In this document: one piece after another, positions 1 to 12,088 of the stretch | Layout of the letters: each line of letters begins with the position of its first letter | Numbering within the stretch: the first letter of the stretch is position 1 | DNA from: Eledone cirrhosa | Taxonomy: Eukaryota | NCBI GenBank assembly: GCA_964016885.1 | Contig: OZ024743.1 | Span: 360,344,001-360,408,000 of the forward strand | Direction: 5' to 3' | Length of the DNA: 64,000 nucleotides | Notes under the pieces: generated by a model | Told to the model about the DNA's origin: nothing | Database searches by the model: none | Seen by the model: only the letters and a program-made list of their open reading frames with translations | Translations under genes and position numbers: made by a program

Positions 1-1842
1 GTGCAATACCCGTCTCCCATTTAGTGGTTGGGAGGCAGATATTGCGTTCTGCCCATCTGTTACTAAAATGTTTTGTTTTGTAGAGTTGTTTAATTGCCTT
101 AAGTTAAGTTTTTTTATGTATGCTTCAAGGTTTGGTGCCGTGGAGTATGATAGTCTAATAGTTTTGGAGTTCAGAATTTTGCTGTACTTATGGGAACTAG
201 GGAAGTGTTTATTGATTAATTTAAAGAATGAAAGAGATAGTTTTGTACTAATCGAGGCATTAAAAATAGGATTATACCAGATATACTTTCTACAACGTGA
301 TTTATTTGGTGGTGATCTTCTATTATTAGTATGTCTGGTAGTATAGTGTGTGTGTGCTTGTGTTTTAGTTCCCCGGTTACGTATATCTTGATTACGTGTA
401 GAGCTATGTGTGTTGTGGAAATTACTATCGATGTATTCTATTGTATCCCGGTGGTCAGCATTCCTTAATGCATTATTGTAGTATTCAGCATGTTCGCTAA
501 AAATATCAGAGTTAGACGATAGGCGAGAGATTCTAAGAGAAATATTCCGGGGAACTGATTTGATCATGGAGAGTGGGTGGTTAGAGTTAAAGTCAATATA
601 CGTAAGGTTCTCATTTACCTTGTGGAAGGGTCGTATCTGTCCGGTATTTAAATTAAGAGTTACGTCCAGAAAGTTAACTACCTTAAGATTGTATTCGTAT
701 GTTATTTTTAGGCCCAGTTCACTAAAAGATTTTCTAATATTTTTCCGTAGCCTTTCAAGATTTTGGTTATTCAAGTTATTAACTAATAAGAGCCCGTCAT
801 CTCTATATATCCCCCCCTGTAGATTACTAAATCTACTATGTAATATGTGGGCTATGTAAATTCCCACGAGATCCGTGACCTCCGCCGAGTCGTTGGAACC
901 CATGGTAATATCGAAATTTGTGGGTCTGTCCTTACGTTCCCAGTAGCAGTTATCGAACTTAATAATGGTTTTTCTAGCCTCGAGAATAATATTAATTTCG
1001 TCCTCCGTTAGGTCGGAATTGGCCTTAGCAAACGATAGGGCCTTACGTAAAGTGCTTGGTGAGATGGAAGAGTAGTATTCGTCTATGTCAAATTGTATAA
1101 ACTTAGATTTATTCTTATTCTTAACATTATTAAACCAGCGAATTGCTTCGCTAGTGTTGCCCCATAATTTAATTTCAATTTTCTTTTTCACTTGAGTTAT
1201 TACTCTGTCAAGTATATGTTTACTAATTTTCCCTATGTCTGATTTAGAAGGGCATATAAGTCTAATCTTAGGGTTAGAGTCAAAATTTACCTTATGGTCC
1301 TTCAGGTTAAAGGTGGGGGTAGCGGGTATAATCGGCTCGGTTCTATCGTCTATCTTGAGATTCTTTACCACTTTGTATGCCTCGTTGTTAATATTTGCTA
1401 GCGTAGTTTCATTTGTTTTTCTATATTTTTTGTGTAGTTCGTTGCGTATGAAGTTATTATACGTATCGATATCCATGGTATACACGTTAGAAGTCTTGTC
1501 AGCTTTCACAACAATTCCATTGGTATTTTGCAATCTTCGGAGTAGTGCTTTCATGTTGTTCTGCAGCTCATTATTTCTATGTCTGTTGAACTTAATGTTC
1601 ATGGTAGTTTTCAATAAGTCCTGTTCGAAAGCTTCGAGGTGAGGGTTTGTAGGTGGGTTTTTACATGATTTAAAACCATATGATTCAGACGAGTGATTGG
1701 CGCGTCCTTTATCGAAGTGGAAAGCTTTCCATCGTACACGCCGAATGAAGTCGTTACTGCGTTGAATCATACTGAGAATATATTCCCTTTTGTTAGGTAT
1801 AGGTATGTTTTTAAGTGACATACCTATATGATGCCTTTCCAT
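1..1842 (-). CDS. PLE ORF with native N-terminus; runs off the window start and is not in the ORF track
   Basis: ATG at 1842(-) reads MERHHIGMSLKNIPIPNKREYILSMIQRSNDFIRRVRWKAFHFD...GFKSCKNPP, then continues as in the 3062..5302 protein (ITMGS, YRDD, NFLDV). The N-terminus is homologous to ORF 38414..38851. Confidence 0.88.
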   Translation of the reverse strand, partial: MERHHIGMSLKNIPIPNKREYILSMIQRSNDFIRRVRWKAFHFDKGRANHSSESYGFKSCKNPPTNPHLEAFEQDLLKTTMNIKFNRHRNNELQNNMKALLRRLQNTNGIVVKADKTSNVYTMDIDTYNNFIRNELHKKYRKTNETTLANINNEAYKVVKNLKIDDRTEPIIPATPTFNLKDHKVNFDSNPKIRLICPSKSDIGKISKHILDRVITQVKKKIEIKLWGNTSEAIRWFNNVKNKNKSKFIQFDIDEYYSSISPSTLRKALSFAKANSDLTEDEINIILEARKTIIKFDNCYWERKDRPTNFDITMGSNDSAEVTDLVGIYIAHILHSRFSNLQGGIYRDDGLLLVNNLNNQNLERLRKNIRKSFSELGLKITYEYNLKVVNFLDVTLNLNTGQIRPFHKVNENLTYIDFNSNHPLSMIKSVPRNISLRISRLSSNSDIFSEHAEYYNNALRNADHRDTIEYIDSNFHNTHSSTRNQDIRNRGTKTQAHTHYTTRHTNNRRSPPNKSRCRKYIWYNPIFNASISTKLSLSFFKLINKHFPSSHKYSKILNSKTIRLSYSTAPNLEAYIKKLNLRQLNNSTKQNILVTDGQNAISASQPLNGRRVLH

Positions 1843-1889
1843 ATTAATGCCGTGTGTCAATGTGGTTGCTCAACTATGTAGGAGACGAT

Positions 1890-3142
1890 TATTAGGTATA
1901 GGATTATCCAAGATGCAGTGATGGTTAATTACTACACTGGATATGGTTGACGTACGGTAAGAGGTTGCTCTACGAGTTATGGAAGAATTGTTCAAGAAAC
2001 TTAGTTCCTGATCCTTCAGTATTCCGGAGTGTATATAAAGAATGAATAATAACAGGTAGACATCATAAAAAGGTAGTTTATTCCGTGTGCTTACAAGTGT
2101 TTCCACGGTGGTACTGCAGCCTAGTTCCGCTACGTGCAAATTCACAAGTATTTGCAGAACTCGAATATCCAATGCTGTGACCACTGTTTCCTCAGAGCAG
2201 AATGGTAAATATACAATGTAAAAACCCTTAAGTGGGGTTGTTGGGGAAGATAGAGTGGAACAGGAAGAGAGAAAAGTAGGGAAGATGGAGAGAGAAGGAA
2301 AGATATGCAGGGGTTGGAGAAGTAGGAGAGAGCGGCTTGTAGATATCTTAATCAAAATGTTATGGTAGGGGTTTTATTAGTTACTTTTGGAGAGATGCGT
2401 AGATAGTTGAGGTCGGAATTATTTATTGCCCCAGAGGTCAAGTTCATAGATGTTGAGAGGGAGGTAGGTCAAAGGTGAGAGAGAGAGAGTGTGTAATGGA
2501 TGTAGAGAGAGAGATATAGGTAGAGAGGGGACAGATAAAGTATATGTGGTGAGTGAACTTTTGGTTTTGTAGTAGTAATCTAGGAATTGTACTGAGTTAC
2601 CATGTATAGTGATAAGCAGTGTATTGTCTTGTAGTGTGGGGGAGAAGAGAAGGTTGTTAGCTAGAAAGTGGTGTTGTAGTTACGGGTTCGGATGTTAAGT
2701 TATTTTATAGTGAGAGAATTTAGCTTTTAGTTTGTGGTTGCAGTATAATGATCGTTCAATTCTATCGTTAAGTAGTTTGTTTTTGGATTTTAGTATGTAA
2801 AATAGCTCAAGGTTACATAACCTGCAGTACTTCAAACCACTCCGATATGCATTTGCGCTGGAAAGTATATCCCATTTTAAGGTGAACTGTTGGTTGTGTT
2901 CACGGAGTTGCCAGGTCTTGTTGGCGAGCGTGGTCACAAAACGGTGATTCTGATGTTTGATTGAGAATCGATGACGGTACCAGCGAGATTTAAACGATGT
3001 GGTGGTAGATCCGATATAATACCATTTCTGGTCGTCCGATTCAACCGTGCATTGGTAAACAATGTTGGACTTTAGGCATTCATTCTGCAATGGACATCTT
3101 TCAGGTAGATGGCAGTTACATGCTTTGTTGTGGGTAGCGGGT
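1890..3142 (-). repeat. Upstream partial tandem copy (pseudo-LTR): endonuclease end + 3' UTR of the same PLE
   Basis: Contains ORF 2695..3090 (GIY-YIG, same as the end of 3062..5302) and the 3' UTR. It runs on into 47 nt of leader and the ATG at 1842. Confidence 0.88.
2080..2203 (-). ncRNA. Type I hammerhead ribozyme motif with long helix II (mirror of 5794..5917)
   Basis: Reverse complement of 5794..5917. Confidence 0.7.
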
Positions 3143-5302
3143 TTTAAATCATGTAAAAACCCACCTACAAACCCTCACCTCGAAGCTTTCGAACAGGACT
3201 TATTGAAAACTACCATGAACATTAAGTTCAACAGACATAGAAATAATGAGCTGCAGAACAACATGAAAGCACTACTCCGAAGATTGCAAAATACCAATGG
3301 AATTGTTGTGAAAGCTGACAAGACTTCTAACGTGTATACCATGGATATCGATACGTATAATAACTTCATACGCAACGAACTACACAAAAAATATAGAAAA
3401 ACAAATGAAACTACGCTAGCAAATATTAACAACGAGGCATACAAAGTGGTAAAGAATCTCAAGATAGACGATAGAACCGAGCCGATTATACCCGCTACCC
3501 CCACCTTTAACCTGAAGGACCATAAGGTAAATTTTGACTCTAACCCTAAGATTAGACTTATATGCCCTTCTAAATCAGACATAGGGAAAATTAGTAAACA
3601 TATACTTGACAGAGTAATAACTCAAGTGAAAAAGAAAATTGAAATTAAATTATGGGGCAACACTAGCGAAGCAATTCGCTGGTTTAATAATGTTAAGAAT
3701 AAGAATAAATCTAAGTTTATACAATTTGACATAGACGAATACTACTCTTCCATCTCACCAAGCACTTTACGTAAGGCCCTATCGTTTGCTAAGGCCAATT
3801 CCGACCTAACGGAGGACGAAATTAATATTATTCTCGAGGCTAGAAAAACCATTATTAAGTTCGATAACTGCTACTGGGAACGTAAGGACAGACCCACAAA
3901 TTTCGATATTACCATGGGTTCCAACGACTCGGCGGAGGTCACGGATCTCGTGGGAATTTACATAGCCCACATATTACATAGTAGATTTAGTAATCTACAG
4001 GGGGGGATATATAGAGATGACGGGCTCTTATTAGTTAATAACTTGAATAACCAAAATCTTGAAAGGCTACGGAAAAATATTAGAAAATCTTTTAGTGAAC
4101 TGGGCCTAAAAATAACATACGAATACAATCTTAAGGTAGTTAACTTTCTGGACGTAACTCTTAATTTAAATACCGGACAGATACGACCCTTCCACAAGGT
4201 AAATGAGAACCTTACGTATATTGACTTTAACTCTAACCACCCACTCTCCATGATCAAATCAGTTCCCCGGAATATTTCTCTTAGAATCTCTCGCCTATCG
4301 TCTAACTCTGATATTTTTAGCGAGCATGCTGAATACTACAATAATGCATTAAGGAATGCTGACCACCGGGATACAATAGAATACATCGATAGTAATTTCC
4401 ACAACACACATAGCTCTACACGTAATCAAGATATACGTAACCGGGGAACTAAAACACAAGCACACACACACTATACTACCAGACATACTAATAATAGAAG
4501 ATCACCACCAAATAAATCACGTTGTAGAAAGTATATCTGGTATAATCCTATTTTTAATGCCTCGATTAGTACAAAACTATCTCTTTCATTCTTTAAATTA
4601 ATCAATAAACACTTCCCTAGTTCCCATAAGTACAGCAAAATTCTGAACTCCAAAACTATTAGACTATCATACTCCACGGCACCAAACCTTGAAGCATACA
4701 TAAAAAAACTTAACTTAAGGCAATTAAACAACTCTACAAAACAAAACATTTTAGTAACAGATGGGCAGAACGCAATATCTGCCTCCCAACCACTAAATGG
4801 GAGACGGGTATTGCACAACCCACCTGTACCGCTATCACAACCTATCCATGGTATACCCGCTACCCACAACAAAGCATGTAACTGCCATCTACCTGAAAGA
4901 TGTCCATTGCAGAATGAATGCCTAAAGTCCAACATTGTTTACCAATGCACGGTTGAATCGGACGACCAGAAATGGTATTATATCGGATCTACCACCACAT
5001 CGTTTAAATCTCGCTGGTACCGTCATCGATTCTCAATCAAACATCAGAATCACCGTTTTGTGACCACGCTCGCCAACAAGACCTGGCAACTCCGTGAACA
5101 CAACCAACAGTTCACCTTAAAATGGGATATACTTTCCAGCGCAAATGCATATCGGAGTGGTTTGAAGTACTGCAGGTTATGTAACCTTGAGCTATTTTAC
5201 ATACTAAAATCCAAAAACAAACTACTTAACGATAGAATTGAACGATCATTATACTGCAACCACAAACTAAAAGCTAAATTCTCTCACTATAAAATAACTT
5301 AA
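3062..5302 (+). CDS. PLE RT/GIY-YIG polyprotein, 5'-truncated, with first 26 aa from the antisense inverted arm
   Basis: KADK, FDIDEYYSSI, ITMGS, YRDDG, NFLDV; CNCxxxxxCPL linker; NIVY...YYIGST..FKSR..RH; CRLCNLE; LLN.RIE...CNH. Confidence 0.92.
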   Translation: MLDFRHSFCNGHLSGRWQLHALLWVAGFKSCKNPPTNPHLEAFEQDLLKTTMNIKFNRHRNNELQNNMKALLRRLQNTNGIVVKADKTSNVYTMDIDTYNNFIRNELHKKYRKTNETTLANINNEAYKVVKNLKIDDRTEPIIPATPTFNLKDHKVNFDSNPKIRLICPSKSDIGKISKHILDRVITQVKKKIEIKLWGNTSEAIRWFNNVKNKNKSKFIQFDIDEYYSSISPSTLRKALSFAKANSDLTEDEINIILEARKTIIKFDNCYWERKDRPTNFDITMGSNDSAEVTDLVGIYIAHILHSRFSNLQGGIYRDDGLLLVNNLNNQNLERLRKNIRKSFSELGLKITYEYNLKVVNFLDVTLNLNTGQIRPFHKVNENLTYIDFNSNHPLSMIKSVPRNISLRISRLSSNSDIFSEHAEYYNNALRNADHRDTIEYIDSNFHNTHSSTRNQDIRNRGTKTQAHTHYTTRHTNNRRSPPNKSRCRKYIWYNPIFNASISTKLSLSFFKLINKHFPSSHKYSKILNSKTIRLSYSTAPNLEAYIKKLNLRQLNNSTKQNILVTDGQNAISASQPLNGRRVLHNPPVPLSQPIHGIPATHNKACNCHLPERCPLQNECLKSNIVYQCTVESDDQKWYYIGSTTTSFKSRWYRHRFSIKHQNHRFVTTLANKTWQLREHNQQFTLKWDILSSANAYRSGLKYCRLCNLELFYILKSKNKLLNDRIERSLYCNHKLKAKFSHYKIT

Positions 5303-5793
5303 CATCCGAACCCGTAACTACAACACCACTTTCTAGCTAACAACCTTCTCTTCTCCCCCACACTACAAGACAATACACTGCTTATCACTATACATGGTAA
5401 CTCAGTACAATTCCTAGATTACTACTACAAAACCAAAAGTTCACTCACCACATATACTTTATCTGTCCCCTCTCTACCTATATCTCTCTCTCTACATCCA
5501 TTACACACTCTCTCTCTCTCACCTTTGACCTACCTCCCTCTCAACATCTATGAACTTGACCTCTGGGGCAATAAATAATTCCGACCTCAACTATCTACGC
5601 ATCTCTCCAAAAGTAACTAATAAAACCCCTACCATAACATTTTGATTAAGATATCTACAAGCCGCTCTCTCCTACTTCTCCAACCCCTGCATATCTTTCC
5701 TTCTCTCTCCATCTTCCCTACTTTTCTCTCTTCCTGTTCCACTCTATCTTCCCCAACAACCCCACTTAAGGGTTTTTACATTGTATATTTACC

Positions 5794-5917
5794 ATTCTGC
5801 TCTGAGGAAACAGTGGTCACAGCATTGGATATTCGAGTTCTGCAAATACTTGTGAATTTGCACGTAGCGGAACTAGGCTGCAGTACCACCGTGGAAACAC
5901 TTGTAAGCACACGGAAT
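5794..5917 (+). ncRNA. Type I hammerhead ribozyme motif with 85-nt helix II in PLE 3' UTR
   Basis: ATTC-TGCT CTGAGGA [aACAGTGGT...ACCACCGTg] GAAA CACTTG TA AGCA-cacg-GAAT. Predicted GUA cleavage after 5905. Confidence 0.7.
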
Positions 5918-6101
5918 AAACTACCTTTTTATGATGTCTACCTGTTATTATTCATTCTTTATATACACTCCGGAATACTGAAGGATCAGGAACTAAGTTT
6001 CTTGAACAATTCTTCCATAACTCGTAGAGCAACCTCTTACCGTACGTCAACCATATCCAGTGTAGTAATTAACCATCACTGCATCTTGGATAATCCTATA
6101 C

Positions 6102-6135
<34 letters not shown>

Positions 6136-6232
6136 CACTTTAATACATGAATACACTTACATCTAACTATACACATCAAACATATATATATATTTACTTA
6201 TTTATATACATTTTCACATATATATACATACT

Positions 6233-6290
6233 TATGGACGTTTTTAGACACATTCATTATCGCATATTTGTACCTATTCTCATCAGCATA
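6233..6290 (-). ncRNA. Degenerate hammerhead motif (G12>A); mirror at 7230..7287(+) also has C3>G
   Basis: TATG CTGATGA gaa TAGGTACA...TGTGTCTA AAAA CG TC CATA. Confidence 0.5.
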
Positions 6291-6706
6291 TCTTTCCATT
6301 ATTAGTGTGGTAATTTAAGGTTATTAATATATGTTGAGAAGAGATTGTTTTTATATTTTTCTAACTAGATTAAGGTTTATATAGTTGGGGGATGTCCCTC
6401 TTTTATGTAATATTCGGCTTGTAGTGGGAAAAAAGGGTTTTAGTTCTGTGACGGCAGAATAATGTTCGTTCAATTCTGTTATTCAGCAGTTTCTTCTTGT
6501 GTGTGATTATGTAATAAATCTCAAGATTACACAATTTGCAGAAATTTTGGCTCCTGGAAAAGCTTTGGGTTTTAGCTAGTTTTTCCCATTTTAGGGTAAA
6601 CTTTTGATCGCTATCCCTGAGCGTCCAAGCTTTTTCTGCTAAAGTTGTTACATTTCTTTGGCTCTGGTGTTTTATTGAGTAAGAATGCCTATACAATCGA
6701 GATTTC

Positions 6707-7117
6707 AACTGCCCCCTCGGCAATAACTGCCTGGAAAAAAATATTATTTATAAGTGTACCATTAAATCCGGAGGCAACGAGTGGTATTACGTGGGATCAA
6801 CGGCAACATCGTTTAAATCTCGATTGTATAGGCATTCTTACTCAATAAAACACTAGAGCCAAAGAAATGTAACAACTTTAGCAGAAAAAGCTTGGACGCT
6901 CAGGGATAGCGATCAAAAGTTTACCCTAAAATGGGAAAAACTAGCTAAAACCCAAAGCTTTTCCAGGAGCCAAAATTTCTGCAAATTGTGTAATCTTGAG
7001 ATTTATTACATAATCACACACAAGAAGAAACTGCTGAATAACAGAATTGAACGAACATTATTCTGCCGTCACAGAACTAAAACCCTTTTTTCCCACTACA
7101 AGCCGAATATTACATAA
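6707..7117 (+). pseudogene. PLE GIY-YIG endonuclease fragment
   Basis: NCPLGNNCLEKNIIYKCTIKSGGNEWYYVGSTATSFKSRLYRH...CKLCNLE. TAG at 6854 where the inverted arm has CAG. Confidence 0.85.
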
Positions 7118-7384
7118 AAGAGGGACATCCCCCAACTATATAAACCTTAATCTAGTTAGAAAAATATAAAAACAATCTCTTCTCAACATATATTAATAAC
7201 CTTAAATTACCACACTAATAATGGAAAGATATGGTGATGAGAATAGGTACAAATATGCGATAATGAATGTGTCTAAAAACGTCCATAAGTATGTATATAT
7301 ATGTGAAAATGTATATAAATAAGTAAATATATATATATGTTTGATGTGTATAGTTAGATGTAAGTGTATTCATGTATTAAAGTG

Positions 7385-7463
<79 letters not shown>

Positions 7464-8027
7464 ATGTATATATGTGTATATGGATGTGTATGTATGTGTA
7501 TGTGTGTACACATGGACTAGAGTATGTATGTATATATGTGTGTGTCTATACGTGTGTATATAAAGATAAGTTGAGTATGAAAATGTATACACATGAGCGC
7601 GTATGTATGTACATGAATACATGTGTGTATATATATGTGTATGCATGTGTATATATATATGTAAGTATGAATATGTGAATTGTGAGTATATGTATTTTGT
7701 AGAGGTGTGCAAATATATTTGTTTGTGAATGCGTGGGTGAAAGGATACGTACACTTGAAAGAAAAATTTAAGTCTGAATGTTAATTAAGTGCAAACACAA
7801 AACCAACCACGCATATCTTTACTATCTCTAATCCTTCTATAGATTTAGAAAAATAACCAATAATATATTCTATAAAAAATGTCAAAACAACAGATGGGAA
7901 TCTAATTACTCACTGCCACCAAGAATTCTCACTGCTATCGAAAAACCACTCCTTCAGCTATTCTTCTAACAACTTCACCCCTCCCTCCTAATATTCTCTA
8001 TAAAAACTAAATAGGTCCTCAGTAATA

Positions 8028-8147
8028 TTATTCTGATGAAATGACAGTAAATAATAACATTGAAATATTGAATGTCTACATAACTAAAAGTTTGTAGATA
8101 GCAGCTGTTTTAGGTTATGTAACTGTTATAGAAACACGTGTCAATAA
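8028..8147 (+). ncRNA. Type I hammerhead motif with 91-nt helix II in a non-coding PLE 3' fragment (~7750..8297)
   Basis: TTATT CTGATGA [aATGACAGT...ACTGTTATa] GAAA CACGTG TC AATAA. Predicted GUC cleavage after 8142. Confidence 0.75.
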
Positions 8148-8365
8148 ATTCCTTTCAACTAAACTGTATCCATTCAAATCTTTCTATTTTTCTCCGGATT
8201 ACTTTTGGAACTACAACTGGAACCGTCGAGCAAACTCTACGTGAGCTGATAATCTACTGTGTGTAATATTTATATTACACCACAACGGAAAATACTGTAT
8301 ATATATATATATATATATATATTTGTGTGTGTATATGTATGTATATCTAGATAGACCAGGTTTTT

Positions 8366-8423
8366 TTCATTCTGAAGATTGAAGGACAAATTTTTTGCTT
8401 TTAAGAAACCACTGGTGAATGGA
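8366..8423 (+). ncRNA. Hammerhead motif, probably inactive (G17); paralogue of 12664..12721
   Basis: TTCATT CTGAAGA TTGAAG...CTTTTAA GAAA CCACTGG TG AATGGA. Confidence 0.65.
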
Positions 8424-8547
8424 ATAATTGCCTTATGTTGCTTATTACTTTATTACTTTACTACTATATATATGTATATGTAAGGTTCATATGAATTATC
8501 TAAGACTGAGTCTTACACACACACACATGTATATGTGTATGTGTGTG

Positions 8548-8587
<40 letters not shown>

Positions 8588-8625
8588 ATTAAATAAATGG
8601 AAACTATATTTATAAAACCATATTT

Positions 8626-8689
8626 ATTTCATTATATATATTTCAGGGATATCATATTAACAATATGCTATGCCTTCCTCAGACAAAAT
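8626..8689 (-). ncRNA. Hammerhead motif (mirror of 10857..10920)
   Basis: Reverse complement of 10857..10920. Confidence 0.7.
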
Positions 8690-10856
8690 ACAGTATAAAC
8701 AGTTTTATAGATAAATAGATTCGACATACCGTAACAACATCGACTTGCATTTGAAGAGGTTGATTTGGCAGTGAAAAAATTGTACACAGAGAGAAAGAAA
8801 GAGAGAAAAAAAAGAAAGAAAGACAGAAAACGAAGAAAAGGAAGAAAAAGAAGAAATGCATGGAACAAAATAGAGAGATGGAAAGATAGATAAAGAGAAG
8901 AACTTCATGTAAAGAAACAGAAAGAGATATATATATATAGAGAGAGAGGAAATAGAGATAGATACATATATATATAGAAAATTAGGTAGTGGGAGGTCTG
9001 TTGAGTAAATGTATCAATGATACATTTATTTATTTATTTATTTATTTAGCTCTAGTATTAATGTAAGGGAGATATATATAGAGAGAAAAAAATAGAGAGA
9101 GAAAAAATATAGCGAGAGAAAAAATTTAAAAATAACAAAAATAACCAGATATATGCGAGGCGTAAAAACCCTATGTTTTAATGTAGAGGTATTAGTATTT
9201 ATAAAACATCCACTATATTGTAAATATCAGTATTCCTGAATGAGACAAGTATCCATAGTGTGTGAAAATTAATGATCTTATGTTTAGTTTTTAAAAAAAA
9301 ATTCATATGTTTATGTGATAGCTACAAACATCCATGTGAATCTACATGATCAACTTTGCAAACCCTAAGTTCACGGAAAACATTCTCAATGTGGTATAAA
9401 AATTTGAGTATACATATATGTGTATTATTATTCCTGTCTTTACTCTACAAGATTATCTATCAAGCAGAAATAGAGAGCAGATTTCAATATACTAATAAAA
9501 ATACATATCAGAAACAAAACTAAAAAATAACAATAATAATAATAAGTAATAATAAAATAGAAAACTAAAAAAATATTACGAAAGAATATTACATATTAAA
9601 AATATTACATATTAAAAAATTTACATATTAAAAATATTAAAAATAAAAATATTAGAAAATACTACAATAATAAAAAATAAAAATAAACCACAAAGATCAA
9701 CCCTTCAAAATTAATTGACAATATATTGCCAAGTTCATTATAAGCATCAGAGTCGAAAAACAGATAAAGCCAAAAATTATCTATCAAATCACATCTAGCA
9801 AAGATCATTTCAAAAAGTTTAGGATGCCCAATTTGGTCTACATGTGTTCTTATATTTAATATAGAAGTTTATCTAGTGTAACGTTTATTCGAAATATTTG
9901 GAGCATCAGCTTTTAGGGTAGCTTAATTTTTCATGAGGAATGTTTAAATAAAAATAAAATAAAAATAAAATAAAAATAAAATAAAAATAAAATAAAAACA
10001 AAATTAAAATAAAAAATAAAAAAGAATAAAAAGAAGGAATCAAAGATTTATCGGCTAGTTTCCCATATAAATATAAATCAAACTAAATATACTACATTTT
10101 AAATTTAAATTTATATTTAAACGTTGAGTTTAATCTATGTTTGCAACAACTGAATAAATTTGTCCGTAGATTAAGGGAATTTTTAGATTTTAGTATAAAG
10201 AATATCTCCTCTGCGCAGAGGTCACATGTCTCAGAGGATGAATTAAAAGTTTTTTTAAAAACTAAACATAAGATCATTAATTTTCACACACTATGGATAC
10301 TTGTCTCATTCAGGAATACTGATATTTACAATATAGTGGATGTTTTATAAATACTAATACCTCTACATTAAAACATAGGGTTTTTACGCCTCGCATATAT
10401 CTGGTTATTTTTGTTATTTTTTAATTTTTTCTCTCGCTATATTTTTTCTCTCTCTATTTTTTTCTCTCTCTATATATCTCCCTTACATTAATACTAGAGC
10501 AAAATAAATAAATAAATAAATGTATCATTGATACATTTACTCAACAGACCTCCCACTACCTAATTTTCTATATATATATGTATCTATCTCTATTTCCTCT
10601 CTCTCTCTATATATATATCTCTTTCTGTTTCTTTACATGAAGTTCTTCTCTTTATCTATCTTTCCATCTCTCTATTTTGTTCCATGCATTTCTTCTTTTT
10701 TCTTCCTTTTCTTCGTTTTCTGTCTTTCTTTCTTTTTTTTCTCTCTTTCTTTCTCTCTGTGTACAATTTTTTCACTGCCAAATCAACCTCTTCAAATGCA
10801 AGTCGATGTTGTTACGGTATGTCGAATCTATTTATCTATAAAACTGTTTATATTGT

Positions 10857-10920
10857 ATTTTGTCTGAGGAAGGCATAGCATATTGTTAATATGATATCCC
10901 TGAAATATATATAATGAAAT
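10857..10920 (+). ncRNA. Type I hammerhead motif
   Basis: ATTTTGT CTGAGGA AGG..CATATT/AATATG..CCT GAAA TATATA TA ATGAAAT. A diverged copy with GATA lies at 53909..53972. Confidence 0.72.
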
Positions 10921-11049
10921 AAATATGGTTTTATAAATATAGTTTCCATTTATTTAATATTGTAAATATACTCCAAATATTTGTCGAGTGCTTTTATATC
11001 AGTTATAAATATTTACTAGTTGTAACCCAACAATTTTAAATATAACTTT

Positions 11050-11103
<54 letters not shown>

Positions 11104-11822
11104 TTGTATTTGGTTATGCGTGTTTATGATATGTACGTATTTTGAATGTGTATAATTGTATAGCTATGTATGTATATGTATGTCTGCATGTATACATATA
11201 TGTGTGTGTGTGTATGTTTATATTTATGTATATATATATATATGTGTGTGTGTATAATTACATATACATATGTGTGTGTATAATTGTACACGTGTGCGTG
11301 TGCGTGTTTGTGCATGTATGTGTATGTATGTGTTTATGTATTTGTATATGTATATTTATGTGTGAGAGTGTGTGTATGTATTTACTATTTCGTACGTATG
11401 TATACGTGCATTTGTGTGTATTACGTACCACGCGTGTCTGTCCAGTTAGCTGCCTTCTGTATCACTGTCAACATTTTTTTTTATATATATATATATATAT
11501 ATAATTTTTTTTTCTTATATTTATTTGCGTGTGTGAAAATGTAGAGGAGTGCATTTATGTATGTGTATGTATGTATGATTGTGTGCATGTATGTATGTAT
11601 GTATATGTATATGTGTATGGCTATTTTTGTGTATGTGTATGCTTGTACACACATATATATATATGTATGTATCTGTGTGTATGTATGGATGTGTTGATAT
11701 TTATGTACGTATTTATATATGTGTTTGTGTGTATTTATATACACATATATGTGTGTATATATGTGTGCGTGTGTGTATTTATCAGTGTATGTATATGTAT
11801 ATATATATATATATATATGTAT

Positions 11823-11925
11823 GATATTAAATAAATGGAAACTATATTTATACTTGTTGAGTGCTTTTATATCAGTTATAAATATTTACTCGTTGTTAAC
11901 CCAACAATTTAAATATAACTTTCCA
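11823..11925. mobile_element. Tiny inverted composite fragment of the 8583..11051 family
   Basis: Matches ~8586..8613 followed by ~10981..11051; ends at (TA)n. Confidence 0.6.
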
Positions 11926-11947
11926 TATATATATATGTATGTATTCG

Positions 11948-12056
<109 letters not shown>

Positions 12057-12088
12057 AGATCAAAAGATGGTTAAAAGAGTTCCATATA

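Larger units (their letters stand above)
1..6107. mobile_element. Young Penelope-like element (CxC-linker, Hydra-like), composite tandem + inverted insertion
   Basis: 1..1677 is the reverse complement of 3140..4816, and 1890..3142 is the reverse complement of 4855..6107. The right end abuts (TA)n. Encodes RT + GIY-YIG. Confidence 0.93.
6133..7387. mobile_element. Second Hydra-like PLE, 3' fragment in head-to-head inverted form between (TA)n tracts
   Basis: Arms 6133..6705 and 6815..7387 are near-perfect reverse complements and encode the GIY-YIG C-terminus. Confidence 0.88.
8583..11051. mobile_element. Hydra-like PLE 3' fragment, inverted: long minus copy ~10255->8583 plus short plus copy ~10255->11051
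   Basis: Arms ~8583..9300 and ~10255..10963 are reverse complements, flanked by (TA)n. Endonuclease tail CDLCAEE...LNLR...CCKHR at 10092..10250(-). Confidence 0.85.

Noticed and set aside
68-6166. ORFs 68..346, 560..859, 1235..1642, 1870..2355, 5642..6166 and their mirrors
   Set aside because: Antisense shadows of the PLE ORF or UTR ORFs. They are duplicated only because of the inversion.
8033-8075. Short HHR fold using AATG/CATT and GAAATATT
   Set aside because: Helix I and the cleavage triplet do not fit. The long-helix-II fold ending at 8147 satisfies both.
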